A stretch of DNA of 64,000 bases, from assembly GCF_009914755.1 (NCBI RefSeq), contig NC_060925.1; one strand, 5' to 3'. This DNA comes from the human T2T-CHM13v2.0 reference genome, Homo sapiens. Positions 58,160 to 64,000 of this stretch are shown here, piece by piece. The translations under genes and the position numbers were made by a program. Every line of letters begins with the position of its first letter. Position 1 is the first letter of the stretch. A model generated the notes under the pieces. That model saw nothing but the letters and a program-made list of their open reading frames with translations, was not told the origin of the DNA and ran no database searches.

Positions 58160-58469
58160 GGCCAGCCATAGTGGCTCACGCCTGTAATTCCAGTACTTTG
58201 GGAGGCCAAAGTGGGCAGATCTCTTGGGCCCGGGAGTTCAAGACCAGCCTGGGCAACATGGCAAAACCCTGTCTCTACTAAAAATATAAAAATTAGCCGG
58301 GTGTGGTGGCAGGCACCTGTGGTCCCAACTACCCGGAAAGCTGAGGTGGGAGAATCACTTGAACCCAGGAAGTGGAGGTTGGAGTGAGCCAAGATAGTGG
58401 CACTGCACTCCAGCCTGGGTGACAGAGTGAGACCCGGTCTCAAAAAAATAATAAAATAAAATAAAAAAT
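58160..58469 (+). mobile_element. Alu (AluJb/old S-like)
   Basis: Full dimer with (TAAAA)n tail. Confidence 0.95.
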
Positions 58470-59376
58470 ACATTTTAAATACTCACCTGAAAACATACAA
58501 GCCCATGACTTATTCAAGGCACACTGATAAAGGCCTCATGTAAAATGCTGGCTGTTGGAGATCCATATAGGGCTTTATTTTAATGTGAGGGGCTTTCTAC
58601 AGTACCCAGTAGATATCAAATCAATCTTCAGACAAATAAAGTAAGTAATTGTAATTTTTTTCAACTTTGTTGAAGAAAACATCTTCTTTGTTTTCCTCTG
58701 GCTGTTCTCTTTAATTACAGTGTTGTTGTTGAACCACAACAGGTGTTGCTTGTAAACGTAATATCACGCCCAGGGGAGGAACGGTAAAGGCTGGCCTGAG
58801 GAAGCTGACCAGCCTTCTCAAGATGGCCGCTCTAGAGGAAACATGTCAGCCCACGACAGACAAGAGGCAGGCAACTTGTTGTGCAGCTACTCATTTCCAA
58901 AAGGTGGAGTATTTATGATCCCAAGTTCTAGATTCCTGGATCAACTGCTAACTAGCTTGTAACTTTATGTTTCTATAAAATAGGGATAATAATAGCACCC
59001 ACCACTGTGTGGTGGCAAGCATTAAATGAGCCAATTCTTAAAAACTTAGAATTGTGACCAGATGTGGTCAATATTCAGCAGATGTTAGGTAGGACAGTCA
59101 TACACTAATTTTCCTCACTTTGTTTTCATTGAATGCCATATGTACCAAGCACTGCAGTGAACACAAAGAGAAGGTTCCTGCCATTTATTGGGCATTACCA
59201 AACATTGGGATAGGTTCTTTATTTACATTGTGTTATTTAATCCTTAAAACGACTTGATGAGGAGGTATTCTTAATCCCATTTTTCAAATAAGGAAACTGA
59301 GACTCAGATAGATGACTCTTGTTCAATGTCACCCCACCTAGAAAGTCCTTTCTCTAGAGAAAAAAGGAAAGGGTGC

Positions 59377-59744
59377 TGTCTTAGTCAGTTTGGGCTGCCG
59401 TAATAGAATACCATAGACTGGGTGGCTTCTAAACGACATCAATTTATTTCTCACAGTTCTGGAGCCTGGGAAGTTCAAGATCAAGACTCCAGCAGTTTCT
59501 GTGTCTGGTGAGGGCTTGCTTCTTCATTCATAGATGGCACCTTCTCATTGTGTCCTCACATGGGAGAAGGGGAAAGGGATCTAGCTGGGGTCTCTTTTAT
59601 AAGAGCACTAATCCCATGAGGGTGAGGGCTCTACCCTCATCATCTAATCACCTCTCAAAGGCCCTGCCTCTGAATACCATCACATTGGGGATTAAATTTT
59701 AGCATATGAATTTTAGAGGGGACACAAGCATTCAGTCTATAGCA
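59377..59744 (-). mobile_element. MaLR solo LTR (MLT1A-like)
   Basis: tgtcttagtcagtttgggctgccgtaatagaataccatagactgggtggctt...aataccatcacattgggg...cattcagtctatagca. Confidence 0.9.
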
Positions 59745-61133
59745 GGCACACATACATTTATTAAGTGTCTCACTAACTATATACTTAACCTAACACATGT
59801 AAACCAAATAAATTCTACATAAATATTTATGATACCCAATGTTGGTGAGGGTGTGCAGAAAGTCACACTCACATAATTAGTAATAGCTATCAAAAACATG
59901 TAATGTGTATGCCTTTTAACCAAGCAGCTTTAGTAGTAGGAATTAACCCATCTATTGAGACAAATGTGCCAAGAGAAAAGTATCATGATATTCACTACCA
60001 CATTGTTTTCAACATCAAAATATAATACAAACATAAAAATCTAGCATGTAACCAGAAAAATTATGCTGAGATACAGTATAGCCCATAAGGAATGAGGTAG
60101 ATAAATAGGAAAAGGTATTCAAGTGTCAGTTCTAACATCAAAGAACAAAAAAATCATAGGCAAAGAGGCAACCAAGGGTGGCTTCTGAGAGAAATGAAAC
60201 TAGATTTGAGTCTGAAATGAAAAATCAAACTATTTTGGCCAGGCTGAGGAGAAGAGGAAGGCCCTCTATGATGGAGCAGCCATCAACCATTGACCAAGAA
60301 ATGATGTTGCGCAGTGGAAAGACCACTGGTTGTGGATTCTGAACATGAACCCCTGGCTCTAGAGTGACCTAAGGCAGAGCCTCCCAGCCCTTTTATGCGG
60401 AAGTACCCAGATTGGCAGTGAAGAGAGCTGCATTCCCCATGAAAACAAAAAGTGGCCTAATGGGAGTGAGGTTTATTTTAAAGTCTCAAATTTCCCTACC
60501 TCTGACTTTGGCTAATGGACACTATGTTGTTTCATTGAGACTGACAAATTAGGAATGTTGAAATGAATTAAAGAGATGCGGTACAGCATATCAGGTTCAA
60601 TTTCTTTTTTTGTTTCTCAGAGACCTGGTTTTTCAAGGACCTGGGCTCACATAATTATGTGGGCATAAATAGTGGAAAGTAGAAACTAAGAATCCAGAGC
60701 TATTTTAGCAGATAGTTTAACCTGTTTGTCAAAGTCAATGATTTTTCTTTATTTTTACTTCTTTACATATTTTTTTGTGAGGTAACTAATTTTTCAAAAA
60801 GTAAACTGTGGCCATAGGCCTGTGGGTACTCCTCAGGAAGGACCACCGCTTCTCTGATTTATCTGATCTATGTTGGGATTCTGTGTATAATATTATTTGA
60901 AAAAAAATCCATGGCTTAATAGAAAAAGATTTAAAATCACAGCTTGAGAAGCTAGCTAGTAAACTACAGGCAAGCTTCTATACCTTAAATAGTAGTATCC
61001 ACATTCATTTGAACATCTAAGTTTCCGAAGGAGCTTTTCCTCCCAAAATTAACTGCTACTGACAAAAACACAAAATACACATTTGCCACTAATGAATAAA
61101 TTATGTCACATTTATTAGTAAATAATTTTCTAA

Positions 61134-64000
<2,867 letters not shown>

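Overview
This is primate genomic DNA, almost certainly human, because it carries an AluYa5 with all five diagnostic positions at 34021-34323. It looks intergenic or deep-intronic. I see no host protein-coding exon, no tRNA/rRNA/snRNA gene, no CRISPR array and no non-repeat CpG island. The long ORFs in the track are L1 remnants, Alu or low-complexity read-through, or chance ORFs. A large part of the window is recognisable transposon sequence: 15 Alus (J, S and Ya5), a full-length but disabled minus-strand L1PA6/7 (17826-24216), several older L1M/L1PA pieces (one with its 5' end running off the right edge), eight MaLR solo LTRs, an ERV1-type LTR, hAT and Tigger DNA elements, and L2/MIR/L3 fossils. 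Subfamily names come from remembered consensus sequences and need RepeatMasker/Dfam confirmation. I cannot support a new biological system. The most unusual signals seen directly in the sequence are: a 5'-inverted (twin-primed) Alu at 51002-51342; a tail-less AluSc inside a 46-bp tandem duplication at 7195-7568; a pristine, possibly polymorphic AluYa5; an open ORF0-like frame in the L1PA antisense 5'UTR; an inverted Alu pair only 52 bp apart; a tail-to-tail L2 hairpin; Alu tails converted to long purine tracts; NF-kB/AP-1 motif clusters; and a speculative set of minus-strand exons that could belong to a lncRNA.
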